A stretch of 55,694 nucleotides of DNA. Origin: a virus (taxonomy: Duplodnaviria > Caudoviricetes). The first letter of the stretch is position 1; each line of letters opens with the position of its first letter. The notes under the pieces are model-generated. The model did no database searches and was not told the origin of the DNA. It saw only the letters and a program-made list of their open reading frames with translations. The translations under genes were made by a program, and so were the position numbers. This document shows positions 6,839 through 17,061 of this stretch, in pieces. The stretch is taken from the IMG/VR virus record IMGVR_UViG_3300035683_000205, positions 1-55,694 of that record; one strand, given 5' to 3'.

Positions 6839-8878
6839 ATGGGCATCCGACTGCGGTACACGCGCGAACAGGCGTCGCTCACGCTCCAGGGTTTCGCGAT
6901 GGTGCTGAAACAGATCGAGTCGAACAAGAAGAAGGATCAGCAGCTTGGGCTGCGCACGCCGGACCACGACCGTGCCATCGAGGTGCTGCGGGGTTCGGGG
7001 AGCATGTTCGGCATGATCGAGCAACTGAACGCCCAGCTCGCCAACGAAGACAAGTGGGACCGTCTCGGCGAGGCGGAGCTGGAGGCGAACGTCCGGCTTT
7101 TCCTGGAGGACCTGCGCGCGGAGCGCGATGCGCAGGCGAGCCGCAACGGGAAGCCCGTGGGGGATCCGGCCCAGCGGTCGCTGGACGACGCGCTGGCGGA
7201 AGAAGCTGCCGCCACCCGCGCGCGTGAGCGCCACGCGCAGACCGTCGCCCTGGGGATCCTCCTCGCGTTCGTGGGCGCTGAGGTGACGGTGCCGTTGGAG
7301 ATCATCGACTCATGGGCTGACGAAGCGCGCGCGGAGGCGACGGCATATGCGGCCGCGCGGATGCGGGCGGCGGAAGACGAGTCGGTGGAGGTGCCGCCCA
7401 TGCCTGCCGTGCTGCGCGCCTGGTGCGACCGCATGGCGGCCCCCGACGCCCCGCAGGACCCCCGGGAGATCGTCCGTGCGCTGTTCGGGCAGCAGCCGGA
7501 GGCGCTACCCGATCCGGCCTCCCCGGGGCGTGTCGTGGAGCTGCTCGCGGGGCTTGGGCGGGAGCTGCCCCTGGAGGTGGCGGAGGGGTGGAGCCCGCAG
7601 GATCGGCTCGCGGTCGCCATGTGGGCGACCGCATCCCAGCTCGTCCAGGTCGGCACCGACCTCCAGGTGCCGGAGACGCCGCAGGTGGTTGCCCTTTACT
7701 TCGCGCCGGGTCCAGAGGGCGACGACGCCACCGAGGGCGGCCCCATCGACGTCGACCCAGCCGCTGCCACCGAGGATGACGCCGCGCGCGAGACGCCGTC
7801 GGGAGCCCCCGCCGCGGTGGACGACGCGCCGCCAGCGGACGTGCCCCAGGCGGACGACCCGGCCGCAGACGGTGGCAGCGAAGCCGCCCCCCGCCCGAAG
7901 GCGTTCAACGCGGTGGGGAGCGGCAAGGGCCGCGGCCGGTCCTACTGCATCTGGATGGTCACCGGGCCGTTGGCCGGTTCGACGGTGCTGGAGGACCTGT
8001 CCGGTACCGGCGTCGCAGCCGAGGCGAAGCGGATCGAGGACGCACTCAACAGGGCGTATCTGGAGGCGTTCGATCCGGATGCGGTAGACTGGCGCGCGAC
8101 GGCCGCGCAGCTCGCCGGCCGCGAGACGCCCGAGGCCCCCGCGTCGGCCGCGCAGCCGGGCGCCGCCCCGGCGGACTGTGCCCCTGCCACCGATGCCGAG
8201 CCGGACGTGGACCTGACGCACCGGGGCACGCTGCGCTTCTACATCGTGCCCGTCGACGGGGAGCCCGCCCCCCGGTCCATCGTTGATCGCGAGTCGCAGG
8301 CGTTCGTGGAGGGATACGAGCGCGTGCCGGAGGGGCAGGCCGTCGGCATCGTGCGGGTCCTGGCTGGTCTCGACCCGGACACCGACGGGCTCCGGGCCTG
8401 GTTCGGCATCGCCGACGTGCCCGCCGCCGCCACCCCGGCGGAGCTGGAGGCTCCCGGCTTCGACCTCGTCGCGAACGAGCTGGCGCTGCGCCCGGCCCAG
8501 TCCCGCAGGGAGAGCACGGGCATCGCACGGCTGTTGACGGAGTTCTGCCGGCGGGCGCCCGCGGCGTGGGTGCCGCTGGTGCGCAGCATCTCCGCGGACA
8601 CCGAGGTGGATGCGGCGACCCTCACCACCGCGCGCGCGCTGGCAGGTGCGCGGGTCACCATCCCGAACGTCGGTGAGACCTGGGAGGGGGAGCCGGACGC
8701 CTTCGGCCAGCCGATCCTGCACATGAGCCTGACGGGGATGCAGCTCGGCGTGACGCTGGGCGGCGTCAACCTGCGGCGCTGGCTCCGGGAGCTGTTCAAG
8801 ATCCGGGAGGTGGCCAGCGGGGACACGGAGGCCGGGGAGACTGGCGAGGCCAGCGACAGCCCCGATGCCGACCTCTGA
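6839..8878 (+). CDS. Large acidic hypothetical protein with a duplicated ~55-aa module
   Basis: GGAGG SD before ATG 6839; two copies of LLAxxGxExPLExxxxW..VPxxPxV. Confidence 0.7.
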   Translation: MGIRLRYTREQASLTLQGFAMVLKQIESNKKKDQQLGLRTPDHDRAIEVLRGSGSMFGMIEQLNAQLANEDKWDRLGEAELEANVRLFLEDLRAERDAQASRNGKPVGDPAQRSLDDALAEEAAATRARERHAQTVALGILLAFVGAEVTVPLEIIDSWADEARAEATAYAAARMRAAEDESVEVPPMPAVLRAWCDRMAAPDAPQDPREIVRALFGQQPEALPDPASPGRVVELLAGLGRELPLEVAEGWSPQDRLAVAMWATASQLVQVGTDLQVPETPQVVALYFAPGPEGDDATEGGPIDVDPAAATEDDAARETPSGAPAAVDDAPPADVPQADDPAADGGSEAAPRPKAFNAVGSGKGRGRSYCIWMVTGPLAGSTVLEDLSGTGVAAEAKRIEDALNRAYLEAFDPDAVDWRATAAQLAGRETPEAPASAAQPGAAPADCAPATDAEPDVDLTHRGTLRFYIVPVDGEPAPRSIVDRESQAFVEGYERVPEGQAVGIVRVLAGLDPDTDGLRAWFGIADVPAAATPAELEAPGFDLVANELALRPAQSRRESTGIARLLTEFCRRAPAAWVPLVRSISADTEVDAATLTTARALAGARVTIPNVGETWEGEPDAFGQPILHMSLTGMQLGVTLGGVNLRRWLRELFKIREVASGDTEAGETGEASDSPDADL

Positions 8879-9101
8879 ACCCGTCTTCCCTCGCCGCCCC
8901 ACGGACGCGGCGCGCCTCCGCACGGAGGTAGCCGAGATCGTGGGGCGGCCGGTGGGCGACATCGCCGACGTGGTCGATGCGACCGCCGAGGTACTCCGCC
9001 GGCGCAGCGAAAGGTCGGCTGGCTCGCCGCCGCGGGCGGGGTGGGGAGCAACAGCCGATGACGAGACAGCGGTGGACATATCCTGGGGCCCCTGGGGCTG
9101 A
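8865..9101 (+). CDS. Hypothetical protein
   Basis: Fills the gap and is coupled to the next gene. Confidence 0.45.
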   Translation: MPTSEPVFPRRPTDAARLRTEVAEIVGRPVGDIADVVDATAEVLRRRSERSAGSPPRAGWGATADDETAVDISWGPWG

Positions 9102-9760
9102 TGCTGATATTCGGGATCGACAGCGGGATGGACCTGGTTGCCGGGGTGCTGGTGGACACCAGCCGATGCCCCGGCCCGCTCCCCCGCGACCTGGACGGCT
9201 TCGCCCGCGCCGCGCACGGCTTCGCCCGCGAGGTCCGCGTCTCCACCTCGCCGCGGCACTCCACCGTGGAGCGCTGCCGCCAGATCCGGGACGGCCTTCG
9301 CGCCGAGGTGCCGGCCGGGCTGGACGTCGTGCTGATCGAGGTGCCGCGGATCGACGGCCGGTACAGGCGCAACGAAAAGCTGGGCGAGAATGAGATCGTC
9401 GCGGACCTCTCGAAGCTCAACCGCAGCATCGGTGCGATCTCCGCTTCGGTGGACGCGCTGTTGGTGCTGGAGGTGGCGGCGCCCGCCAACAGCAAGGAGG
9501 CCCGGCGGGCGGTGGTGAACGCCGCGCTGCGCGCCGCGGGGAAGGCAGAGATCCGCAACGGCGACGTGGTGGACGCCGCGTACCACACCCTCCACGCCGC
9601 GGCGGCTGTGCTCCGCACCCCCACCTACTTCGCGTCCCACGTGTTCGGGGGCAAGCTGTACGAGTCGCCGGCTGCAGCTGCAGGTGCCCGGCGGAAGGAC
9701 GAAGAACGACAGACACCGCGGGCGCGCAGGGGGCCCGCTCAACCGAGAAAGGCACGATGA
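9101..9760 (+). CDS. RuvC-like Holliday junction resolvase
   Basis: IFGIDSG, VVLIE and DVVDA acidic motifs in RNase H/RuvC order. Confidence 0.6.
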   Translation: MLIFGIDSGMDLVAGVLVDTSRCPGPLPRDLDGFARAAHGFAREVRVSTSPRHSTVERCRQIRDGLRAEVPAGLDVVLIEVPRIDGRYRRNEKLGENEIVADLSKLNRSIGAISASVDALLVLEVAAPANSKEARRAVVNAALRAAGKAEIRNGDVVDAAYHTLHAAAAVLRTPTYFASHVFGGKLYESPAAAAGARRKDEERQTPRARRGPAQPRKAR

Positions 9761-10302
9761 TCGAGAACGGCAACGAATTGCCCGCGCCCGCGACGGCGGC
9801 GATGGAGAGCGCGGCTGATCAGGTGGTGCTCGCGGGGGAATCGCTGGGCGTCCACGAGGGGGAGAGCTTCGGCGAGCCGGTGCTGGTGGTGGTGGCCGTG
9901 GGCGACGAGGTGGCGGCGCTGCGCCGGCTGCTTTCGCTGGTGGCGGCCCCGGAGACCGCAGGCGGGCGGCGCGTGAACGCCGAGCGCGAGCGGCAGGTGG
10001 AGGTCGGCTGGGACGCCGCGCACGACGAGCTCTGGCACGAGGACCGGGAACTGGAGGTGGTGGCGAAGGCATACCGCGAGGCGATGGGCCCGGATGCGCC
10101 GCCTCCACCGTACTGGCCGTGGGCGCCCTCGGACTGGAAGCCCCGCTCCAGGGCGGAGAACCTGGAGCGCGCCGGGGCGCTCTACCAGGCCCAGCTCGAC
10201 CTGGACATGGGGGACGTCGCCATGCTGGCGGAGCACCGCGACGCGTGCGCGGCCGAGCTGGACGAGCTGCTCGGCACGGCCGGGGAGGTGGCGAATGGCT
10301 GA
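9757..10302 (+). CDS. Conserved phage hypothetical protein
   Basis: ER.RQ...GW...HD and WPW...WKP..R..NL.RAGAL motifs seen in phage early proteins. Confidence 0.65.
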   Translation: MIENGNELPAPATAAMESAADQVVLAGESLGVHEGESFGEPVLVVVAVGDEVAALRRLLSLVAAPETAGGRRVNAERERQVEVGWDAAHDELWHEDRELEVVAKAYREAMGPDAPPPPYWPWAPSDWKPRSRAENLERAGALYQAQLDLDMGDVAMLAEHRDACAAELDELLGTAGEVANG

Positions 10303-10927
10303 GTGCGCCGCCTCCGTTGTCTACCGCGGCGGGCCGCTCACCGTCCAAGACTACGACGAAGCCATTCTCGCGCTCCAGGCCGGGCGCGCCGCGCTGCTGG
10401 ACGCCGCCCTGGCCGCGAGCGGCTGCGGGATCTGCGGAGGGGATTGCCACCCGTCCGCCTGTCACCACAACCCGCTCGTCATGGCGCGGGTCGGAGCCGA
10501 GTGCAGCGCTCTGCGACAGGGGCCGCTGTACACCACCGTCGTCGTGCCAATCCGCTATTTCCAGTGCTTCCACTGCGACTTCGTCCCGACCACGTGGGGG
10601 GAGGCGGCGGATCACTTCGGCCCCCGTCCGGAGGTCGCGGCCGCATGCCTGCGTCCGGGCCATCTCCTCGCCTCCGCGCGGCGCGTCCTTGCCGGCTCTT
10701 CCCGAAGTAACGGGGAGGCCAAGAGCCTGGCGCGGCAGGTGGTGGACGCGTTCGCCGCTCCGCCGCACGCCCGTCGGCAGCTGGAGGTATTGGCGGCCTC
10801 GCTGGAGGCCGCCGTGGACGATCCTGAGGCCGACCTCCACGCCGTCTCTGCGGCTGTGGCCGACCGCCTCCGCCGCGCGGCGTACAGTTCGGCGACGGCG
10901 CCCGCCGCGGAGGTGGATGATGAATAG
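10295..10927 (+). CDS. Cys/His-rich hypothetical protein (possible Zn binding)
   Basis: CGICGGDCH..CHHNP and CFHC..HFG motifs; GGAGG SD. Confidence 0.65.
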   Translation: MAECAASVVYRGGPLTVQDYDEAILALQAGRAALLDAALAASGCGICGGDCHPSACHHNPLVMARVGAECSALRQGPLYTTVVVPIRYFQCFHCDFVPTTWGEAADHFGPRPEVAAACLRPGHLLASARRVLAGSSRSNGEAKSLARQVVDAFAAPPHARRQLEVLAASLEAAVDDPEADLHAVSAAVADRLRRAAYSSATAPAAEVDDE

Positions 10928-11282
10928 CCGCGAGGTCGACGTGAGCGGCCCGTTCATGATGCTGATGCAGCTCTGCATGGCGCACGACAAGACCCCGCTC
11001 CCGCAGCGCGTGGAGTCGGGCGCCTGCCTGCACGTGCCGATCAACGACATCTGGACGGCATGGATCAACCCGCACCCGGTCAACGCCACCTTCCAGCGGG
11101 AGGGGGTCACCGTCGCCACCGTGCCGCCGGTGTCGGCGTGGATCGAGTACAACGGCTGGCCCTGGGGTGTCGTGGGCCCGTTCGGCGGGGACCATGGCGA
11201 CCATCCGGACCCGGACGGGGCGACGCTGGAGCACTTCGCGAGGGCGTGCAGCGAGGCCATGGACGCGGGGGTGGCACCGTGA
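10917..11282 (+). CDS. Hypothetical protein
   Basis: GGAGG SD; YNGWPWGVVGPFGG motif. Confidence 0.65.
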   Translation: MMNSREVDVSGPFMMLMQLCMAHDKTPLPQRVESGACLHVPINDIWTAWINPHPVNATFQREGVTVATVPPVSAWIEYNGWPWGVVGPFGGDHGDHPDPDGATLEHFARACSEAMDAGVAP

Positions 11283-11425
11283 TCCGCCCCCACCTGCTCC
11301 TCTCCACGGCCGTCTCCGCCCTGGTGGCGCTGCCGGCCGACCTGTCCCGGCGCCTGCGGGAGCGCCGACTGCGCCGCGAGAAGCGGATGCAGGTGCGCGC
11401 GTACATCCGCGGGAGGCGCGCATGA
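11279..11425 (+). CDS. Small basic hypothetical protein
   Basis: 4-bp overlaps with both neighbours. Confidence 0.45.
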   Translation: MIRPHLLLSTAVSALVALPADLSRRLRERRLRREKRMQVRAYIRGRRA

Positions 11426-13875
11426 TCTTCCCGCAGATGCTGCTCCCCCTCCACGGGGAGCTGGTGGTGGACCTGTTCGCGGGCGGCGGCGGAGCCTCGG
11501 TCGGGATCGAGCTGGCGCTAGGGCGGTCGCCGGACCTGGCCGTGAATCACAATGCCGCTGCCCTGGCCATGCACCAGGTCAACCACCCTCAAACGCAGCA
11601 TTTCATCTGCGACGTGTTCGAGGTGGACCCGCGCGTGGTCTGCCGCGGGCGGCGGGTGGGGCTGCTCTGGCTCTCGCCCGACTGCACCTACTTCAGCAAG
11701 AGCCGGGGCGGGAAGCCGATCCGGTCCGCCAAGCGGAAGCGCCGGGCGCTCGCGTGGGTGGCGAAGCGCTGGGCCGGCACTGTCCGCCCGCGGGTGTTGA
11801 TCCTGGAGAACGTGGAGGAGTTCGTGGGGTGGGGCCCGCTAGTGGGGCCGCCCGACGCGCTACGGCCCTGCAGCCGGCGTCGGGGGCGCACCTTCCGCCG
11901 CTTCGTCCGCGACCTGGAGGCGCTCGGCTACGTGGTGGAGTGGCGCGAGTTGCGGGCCTGCGACTACGGCGCGCCGACGATCCGCAAGCGCTTCTTCATG
12001 ATCGCGCGATGCGACGGTGCGCCCATCGTGTGGCCGCAGCCCACCCACGGGGATCCCGCGAGCCCGGCGGTGCGCGCGGGCAAGCTCCAGCCGTACCGCA
12101 CCGCGGCGGAATGCATCGACTGGAGCATCCCCATGTGCAGCATCTTCGCCACGCGGGAGGAGGCGAAGGCCTGGGGCAAGGCGCGCGGCCAGGCTCCGCC
12201 CAAGCGCCCGCTTGAGGCGGCGACCAACCGCCGCATCGCCCGGGGCGTGATGCGCTTCGTGGTCAACAACCCCTCGCCCTTCATCGTGCCGGTGCAGAAC
12301 GCCGCCGGCGGGAGCGTGGTGCACTCCATGTCGGAGCCGTTGCGCACGGTCACCGCGTACCCGAAGGGCGGCGGCTTCGCCGTGGCGGCCCCGGTGATCG
12401 CGGGCGTGGGCGGGCGGCAGGGGCAGTCACCGGAGCGCCCGGCCGACGCGCCGTACCAGACGGTCACCGCGAAGGGAGACTCCGCCCTCGTCGCGCCGGT
12501 GCTGTCCCCGCTCACCCACCACGGCGACCGCCGGGCGCACCCGCTCACCGAGCCGGCCCCGACGGTGACGGGCGCGCACCGCGGGGAACTGGGCCTGTTC
12601 GCTCCGGTGCTCGCCGACGTCGCGCACGGTGAGGTGTCGCCCTCCGGCGTGAAGCGCTGGGGCCCGGGCGCCCGCTCGGTGGAGGAACCTTCCGCCTCGG
12701 TGGTGGGGAGCGGCAACCCCGCGCTGGTGGCCCCGTACCTGGTCCCCCGCTACGGGGAACGCGACGGGCAGGAGCCGCGCACGATCTCCACCGAGGAGCC
12801 GATGCCGACGGTGGTGGGAACCGCCAACGGCGGGAGCCTTGTGGCGCCGGTGCTGATCCGGAACCAGACCGGCGACCGCACGGCCCCCGCGCGTGACGTC
12901 ACTGATCCCGCCGGGGCCATCCTCGCGTGCGGAGCGAACCCGGCGCTGGTCGCGGCGCACCTGACAACGTACCACGCCGAGAAGCGACCCAGCGACGTGC
13001 GCGGTTCCGAGCTGGGAGAGCCAGTGGACACGCTCGACACCTCCAACCGCCACGCCCTGGTGGCGACGTTCCTGGCGCAGAACAACGCCGGCGCGTACAC
13101 CGGCGCCGGCCGCGGCGCCGGCGAGCCGGTCTCGACGATCCTCCAGACCGGATCCCACCAGTCGGTGGTGGCAGCCAGCCTCACCAAGCTGCGCGGCACC
13201 AGCTCGGACGCCTCGCCGGAGGAGCCGCTGCACACCGTCAGCGCGCAGGGGACGCACCACGGGCTCACGACGGTCTTTCTCCAGACCCACACCTCCGGTC
13301 ATTCCGCGAGCTGGCCGGGCACGCCCCTGCACACCGTCACCTCCGGGGGGCAGGAGTCCCTCGTAGCGGCCCACCTCTCCCACTTCCAAACGGGCGAGCC
13401 GGATGGGGGCAACGGGGATCCGGCGGCTCCGATGCGGACCATCACCTCCATCCCCAAGGCGGGGCTCGTCTATGCGTTCCTCCAGGCGTACTACGGCACC
13501 GGCAACCAGCAGGGGCCGGGAGCGCCGCTCGCGACCGTGCCCACGGTGGACCGCTTCGGCCTCGTGCAGGTCCAGGTGGACGGCCAGCCGTACGTGATCG
13601 CGGACATCGCCATGCGCATGCTCCAGCCGCGCGAGCTGTACCGGGCGCAGGGCTTCCCCGACTCCTACATCATCGACCGGGGGCCGGAGGGGCGGAAGCT
13701 CACCAAGACGGAGCAGGTGCAGATGTGCGGCAACAGCGTGTGCCCGCCCATCGCCGCGGCGCTCGCCCGCGCCAACGTGCCGGAGATGATCGTCCGCGAG
13801 GCGCCCGCCGGTGTGGATCCGGGCCGATCGCGGCGTTCTCGCACCCGCCGCGCTGCCGCTGGAGGTGCACGGTGA
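11422..13875 (+). CDS. C5 DNA cytosine methyltransferase with internal repeats
   Basis: Motif I DLFAGGGG, catalytic SPDC, ENV, RKR.F, RELYRAQGFP, GNSV; about 12 P..TV/IT repeats in the variable region. Confidence 0.92.
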   Translation: MIFPQMLLPLHGELVVDLFAGGGGASVGIELALGRSPDLAVNHNAAALAMHQVNHPQTQHFICDVFEVDPRVVCRGRRVGLLWLSPDCTYFSKSRGGKPIRSAKRKRRALAWVAKRWAGTVRPRVLILENVEEFVGWGPLVGPPDALRPCSRRRGRTFRRFVRDLEALGYVVEWRELRACDYGAPTIRKRFFMIARCDGAPIVWPQPTHGDPASPAVRAGKLQPYRTAAECIDWSIPMCSIFATREEAKAWGKARGQAPPKRPLEAATNRRIARGVMRFVVNNPSPFIVPVQNAAGGSVVHSMSEPLRTVTAYPKGGGFAVAAPVIAGVGGRQGQSPERPADAPYQTVTAKGDSALVAPVLSPLTHHGDRRAHPLTEPAPTVTGAHRGELGLFAPVLADVAHGEVSPSGVKRWGPGARSVEEPSASVVGSGNPALVAPYLVPRYGERDGQEPRTISTEEPMPTVVGTANGGSLVAPVLIRNQTGDRTAPARDVTDPAGAILACGANPALVAAHLTTYHAEKRPSDVRGSELGEPVDTLDTSNRHALVATFLAQNNAGAYTGAGRGAGEPVSTILQTGSHQSVVAASLTKLRGTSSDASPEEPLHTVSAQGTHHGLTTVFLQTHTSGHSASWPGTPLHTVTSGGQESLVAAHLSHFQTGEPDGGNGDPAAPMRTITSIPKAGLVYAFLQAYYGTGNQQGPGAPLATVPTVDRFGLVQVQVDGQPYVIADIAMRMLQPRELYRAQGFPDSYIIDRGPEGRKLTKTEQVQMCGNSVCPPIAAALARANVPEMIVREAPAGVDPGRSRRSRTRRAAAGGAR

Positions 13876-14063
13876 CCCCCCTGGAGCTGGCCATCGCCTG
13901 GCTCTGCGGGGCGGCGATCTGCGCGGCGTCAACGTGCCTCGTGTTCTCGGGTCAGGACCTGGCGCCGGAGATCGAGCGGCAGGTGCGGCTGGTGGAGAGG
14001 GTCGGGTACGCCCCCACCGGGCTGGCGCTGGTGCTGCTGCTGGTTCGCGAGGTGGTCCGGTGA
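13872..14063 (+). CDS. Small membrane protein
   Basis: Two hydrophobic segments; GTGA overlaps at both ends. Confidence 0.55.
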   Translation: MTPLELAIAWLCGAAICAASTCLVFSGQDLAPEIERQVRLVERVGYAPTGLALVLLLVREVVR

Positions 14064-16672
14064 TCGCCCGCGCCGACGGCGGCCCGTTCAACCCGGACGC
14101 GTACCTCGCCTTCCTCCGGGCGAAGGCGCCGCCGGTCACGCGGTCCGGGTTCGACCTGGACCCGCGGGAGCTGCACCCCAGCCTCAAGCCGCACCAGCGG
14201 GACTGCGTGCCATGGCTGCTGAGCGGCGGCTGTCGCGCCGTCTTCGCGAGTTTCGGCCTCGGCAAGACCCGCATGGGCCTGGAGACGCTGCGGCAGCTGG
14301 TGAGGCGGTACGCGGGGAAGCAGGTCCTGATCATCCTGCCGCTGGGTGCCCGCCGCGAGTTCCGGCGCGAGGCGCGCAAGATGGGGATCCCGGTCACCTA
14401 CGTCCGCAACGACGCCGAGGCGCTCGCGGCGGGGCCCATCCTGATCACGAACTACGAACGCGTCCGGGAGGGGCACTTCTCTGCGCCCTTCCTCGCCGCA
14501 CTGCTCGCCGTGTGGCTGGACGAAGCGAGCTGTCTGCGCTCCTACGGCTCGAAGACGTACCAGCTCTTCAACGAGCTCTTCGAGGAGGTGCCGTACCGGT
14601 ACGTCGCGACGGCTACTCCCTCGCCGAACCGCACCAAGGAGCTGATCCACTACGCCGCCTTTCTCGGCATCATGGACTCCGGCCAGGCTCTCACGCGCTG
14701 GTTCAAGCGAGACAGCGAAGAGGCCGGGAACCTCACGCTGATGGAGCACAAGGAGGGGGAGTTCTGGCTGTGGGTGTCGAGCTGGGCGCTCCTCATCACG
14801 AAGCCCTCCGACTTGGGACACAGCAACGATGGCTACGACCTGCCGGAACTGCGCGTGCACTGGCACCCCGTCGCGGTGAGCCACACCGCGGCCGGGGCCG
14901 ACGGGGACGGCCAGATGCGGCTGCTGCGCGACGCAGCGGAGGGCGTGACGTCCGCCGCGCGGGAGAAGCGAGAGACCATCGAGGCTCGGCTGGCCAAGGT
15001 GCAGGAGATCATGGCGGCCGCGGAGCCGGACGCGGACGGCGGCCGTCCGCGCTGGCTGGTGTGGCACCACCTGGAGGCGGAGCGGCGGGCGATCGAGGCG
15101 GCCTGGGCGGAGGACATCCGCGCCGGCCGGGCCGCCACCGTCTACGGCACCCAGGACCTGGACGAGCGGGAGGCGACGGTCACGGCCTTCGCGGAAGGTA
15201 CGTGGGAAGAGGGGTGCCACGTCGGCACACCCCTGTACGACCTCGCGTCCAAGCCCGAGATCCTGGGCTCCGGCACCAACCTCCAGGGATACTGCCGGCG
15301 CGCCATCTTCATGGGGGTGGACTACAACTTCAACGACTTCATCCAGGCGATTCATCGGCTCTGGCGCTTCGGGCAGCTCTTCCCGGTCGACGTGCACGTG
15401 GTCTACGCCGACAGCGAGGTGGAGATCGTCCGGAAGCTCAAACGGAAGTGGCGAGACCACGAAAGGATGGTGGCGGGGATGGTGGAGATCATGCACAGGC
15501 ACGGGCTGTCGGACGCCAGCAGGATGGAAGGATTCGAGCGTACGATCGGCATCGACAGGCAGGAGGTGCAGGGCGAGCGGTTCCACGCGGCGCTGAACGA
15601 TACGGTGCTGGAGACGGCGTCCAAGCCGACGGACTCCGAGGACATGATCCTCACCTCCATCCCCTTCGGGAATCAGTACGAATACACGTGGTCGTTCCAC
15701 GACTTCGGCCACAACCAGGGGAACGCCCCCTTCATGGAGCAGCTCGACTACCTTATCCCGGAGCTGCTGCGCATCACCAAGCCCGGCCGGGTGGCCGCCG
15801 TCCACGTAAAGGACCGCATGCTGTACGGCACGGTCACCGGGCTGGGGATGTACTCCGTGGAGCCGTTCAGCGACTACGTGACCGCCGCCTTCCGCCGGCA
15901 CGGGTGGATCTTCTTTGGCCGGCGCACGGTGGTGACGGACGTCGTGAGGGAGAACAACCAAACCTATCGTCTGACGTACGGCGAGATGCTCAAGGACGGC
16001 ACGAAGATGGGCGTGGGGATGTCCGAGTACGTCTTGCTGTTCCGGAAGCCGCAGAGCGACACCTCCCGCTCGTACGCAGACGTCCCGGTGGTGCACGACC
16101 GGGAGTCGTACAGCCTGGCCCGGTGGCAGGTGGACGCGCACGGGTTCGCCCGCTCGTCCGGGAACCGGCTACTCCGGCCGGACGAGATCGCAGGGATGGA
16201 CCTCGATGCCGCAAAGGCGTGGTGGGGGGCCTGGTGCCGCACCCACGTGTACGACTACCGCGCGCACATCGCCCTCGGCGAGGAGCTGGAGCGTCGCGGC
16301 CGGCTCCCCAAGGACTTCTTCCTGCTCGCCCCGTCGTCGTGGTCGGAAGACGCCTGGACGGACGTGCAGCGGATGCTCACGCTCAACTCCGAGCAGTCGC
16401 GGCGACAGCAGGAACAGCACGTGTGCCCTCTCCAGCTCGACCTGATCGAGGGGCTGATCGAGCGCTTCACCAACCCCGGCGAGCGGGTGTACGACCCCTT
16501 CGGAGGCATCGGCAGCGTCCCCTACCAGGCCGTGAAGATGGGGCGCTACGGGAGCTTCACCGAGCTGCACGGCGGCTACTGGTACATGGGGGTGGGGTAC
16601 TGCCGCGCCGCAGAGGCACAGGCCACCGCGCCCACCTTCTTCGACACCCTTCCCGCGGAGGCCGTGGGATGA
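14060..16672 (+). CDS. SNF2-like helicase fused to a beta-class N4-C/N6-A DNA methyltransferase
   Basis: FGLGKT, DEAS, TATP, QAIHR..RFGQ; C-terminal TSIPF (motif IV) precedes DPFGGIGS (motif I). Confidence 0.9.
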   Translation: MIARADGGPFNPDAYLAFLRAKAPPVTRSGFDLDPRELHPSLKPHQRDCVPWLLSGGCRAVFASFGLGKTRMGLETLRQLVRRYAGKQVLIILPLGARREFRREARKMGIPVTYVRNDAEALAAGPILITNYERVREGHFSAPFLAALLAVWLDEASCLRSYGSKTYQLFNELFEEVPYRYVATATPSPNRTKELIHYAAFLGIMDSGQALTRWFKRDSEEAGNLTLMEHKEGEFWLWVSSWALLITKPSDLGHSNDGYDLPELRVHWHPVAVSHTAAGADGDGQMRLLRDAAEGVTSAAREKRETIEARLAKVQEIMAAAEPDADGGRPRWLVWHHLEAERRAIEAAWAEDIRAGRAATVYGTQDLDEREATVTAFAEGTWEEGCHVGTPLYDLASKPEILGSGTNLQGYCRRAIFMGVDYNFNDFIQAIHRLWRFGQLFPVDVHVVYADSEVEIVRKLKRKWRDHERMVAGMVEIMHRHGLSDASRMEGFERTIGIDRQEVQGERFHAALNDTVLETASKPTDSEDMILTSIPFGNQYEYTWSFHDFGHNQGNAPFMEQLDYLIPELLRITKPGRVAAVHVKDRMLYGTVTGLGMYSVEPFSDYVTAAFRRHGWIFFGRRTVVTDVVRENNQTYRLTYGEMLKDGTKMGVGMSEYVLLFRKPQSDTSRSYADVPVVHDRESYSLARWQVDAHGFARSSGNRLLRPDEIAGMDLDAAKAWWGAWCRTHVYDYRAHIALGEELERRGRLPKDFFLLAPSSWSEDAWTDVQRMLTLNSEQSRRQQEQHVCPLQLDLIEGLIERFTNPGERVYDPFGGIGSVPYQAVKMGRYGSFTELHGGYWYMGVGYCRAAEAQATAPTFFDTLPAEAVG

Positions 16673-17061
16673 TCGACTGGCACCTCTTCGAGACCGGGCG
16701 CTCCGTGCTCCGCCTCTCCACATCGGAGGAAGGGGAGGTGGAGAGCGCGAGCGCGCTGTATGCCGTGATTCTTTGGGAAAGCGGTGAGCGGCAGGAGATC
16801 GAACAGGGCGACCCCGAGGTGTGGGTGGTGCGCTTCCCGGCCCGAGAGTCCGGGCACGACCCGGAGGCGGACGGCCCCGCCCCGCACGAGCAGGCGGCGG
16901 CTGTCGTCAGCGCCATCGGGCGAGCACTCGCCGACACGAGCTGCCCCTACTGCGGCGCGCCGTTCCAGGTGGGCGTCCCATGCCCTGCCCCGTGCCCCGG
17001 GTGGTCGCGTGGCGAGGACGGATCCGCGATTTATCGCGCACCGGAAGGGATCCGCGCGTGA
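16669..17061 (+). CDS. Hypothetical protein with a C-terminal Zn ribbon
   Basis: CPYC..C...C; ATGA overlap. Confidence 0.55.
   Translation: MIDWHLFETGRSVLRLSTSEEGEVESASALYAVILWESGERQEIEQGDPEVWVVRFPARESGHDPEADGPAPHEQAAAVVSAIGRALADTSCPYCGAPFQVGVPCPAPCPGWSRGEDGSAIYRAPEGIRA

Noticed and set aside
7505-11293. 1262-aa minus-strand ORF and other long antisense ORFs (e.g. 13952-16141, 38938-41535, 51629-53749)
   Set aside because: They are shadows of well-supported plus-strand genes in high-GC DNA, with Arg/Pro/Gly-rich translations and no motifs.
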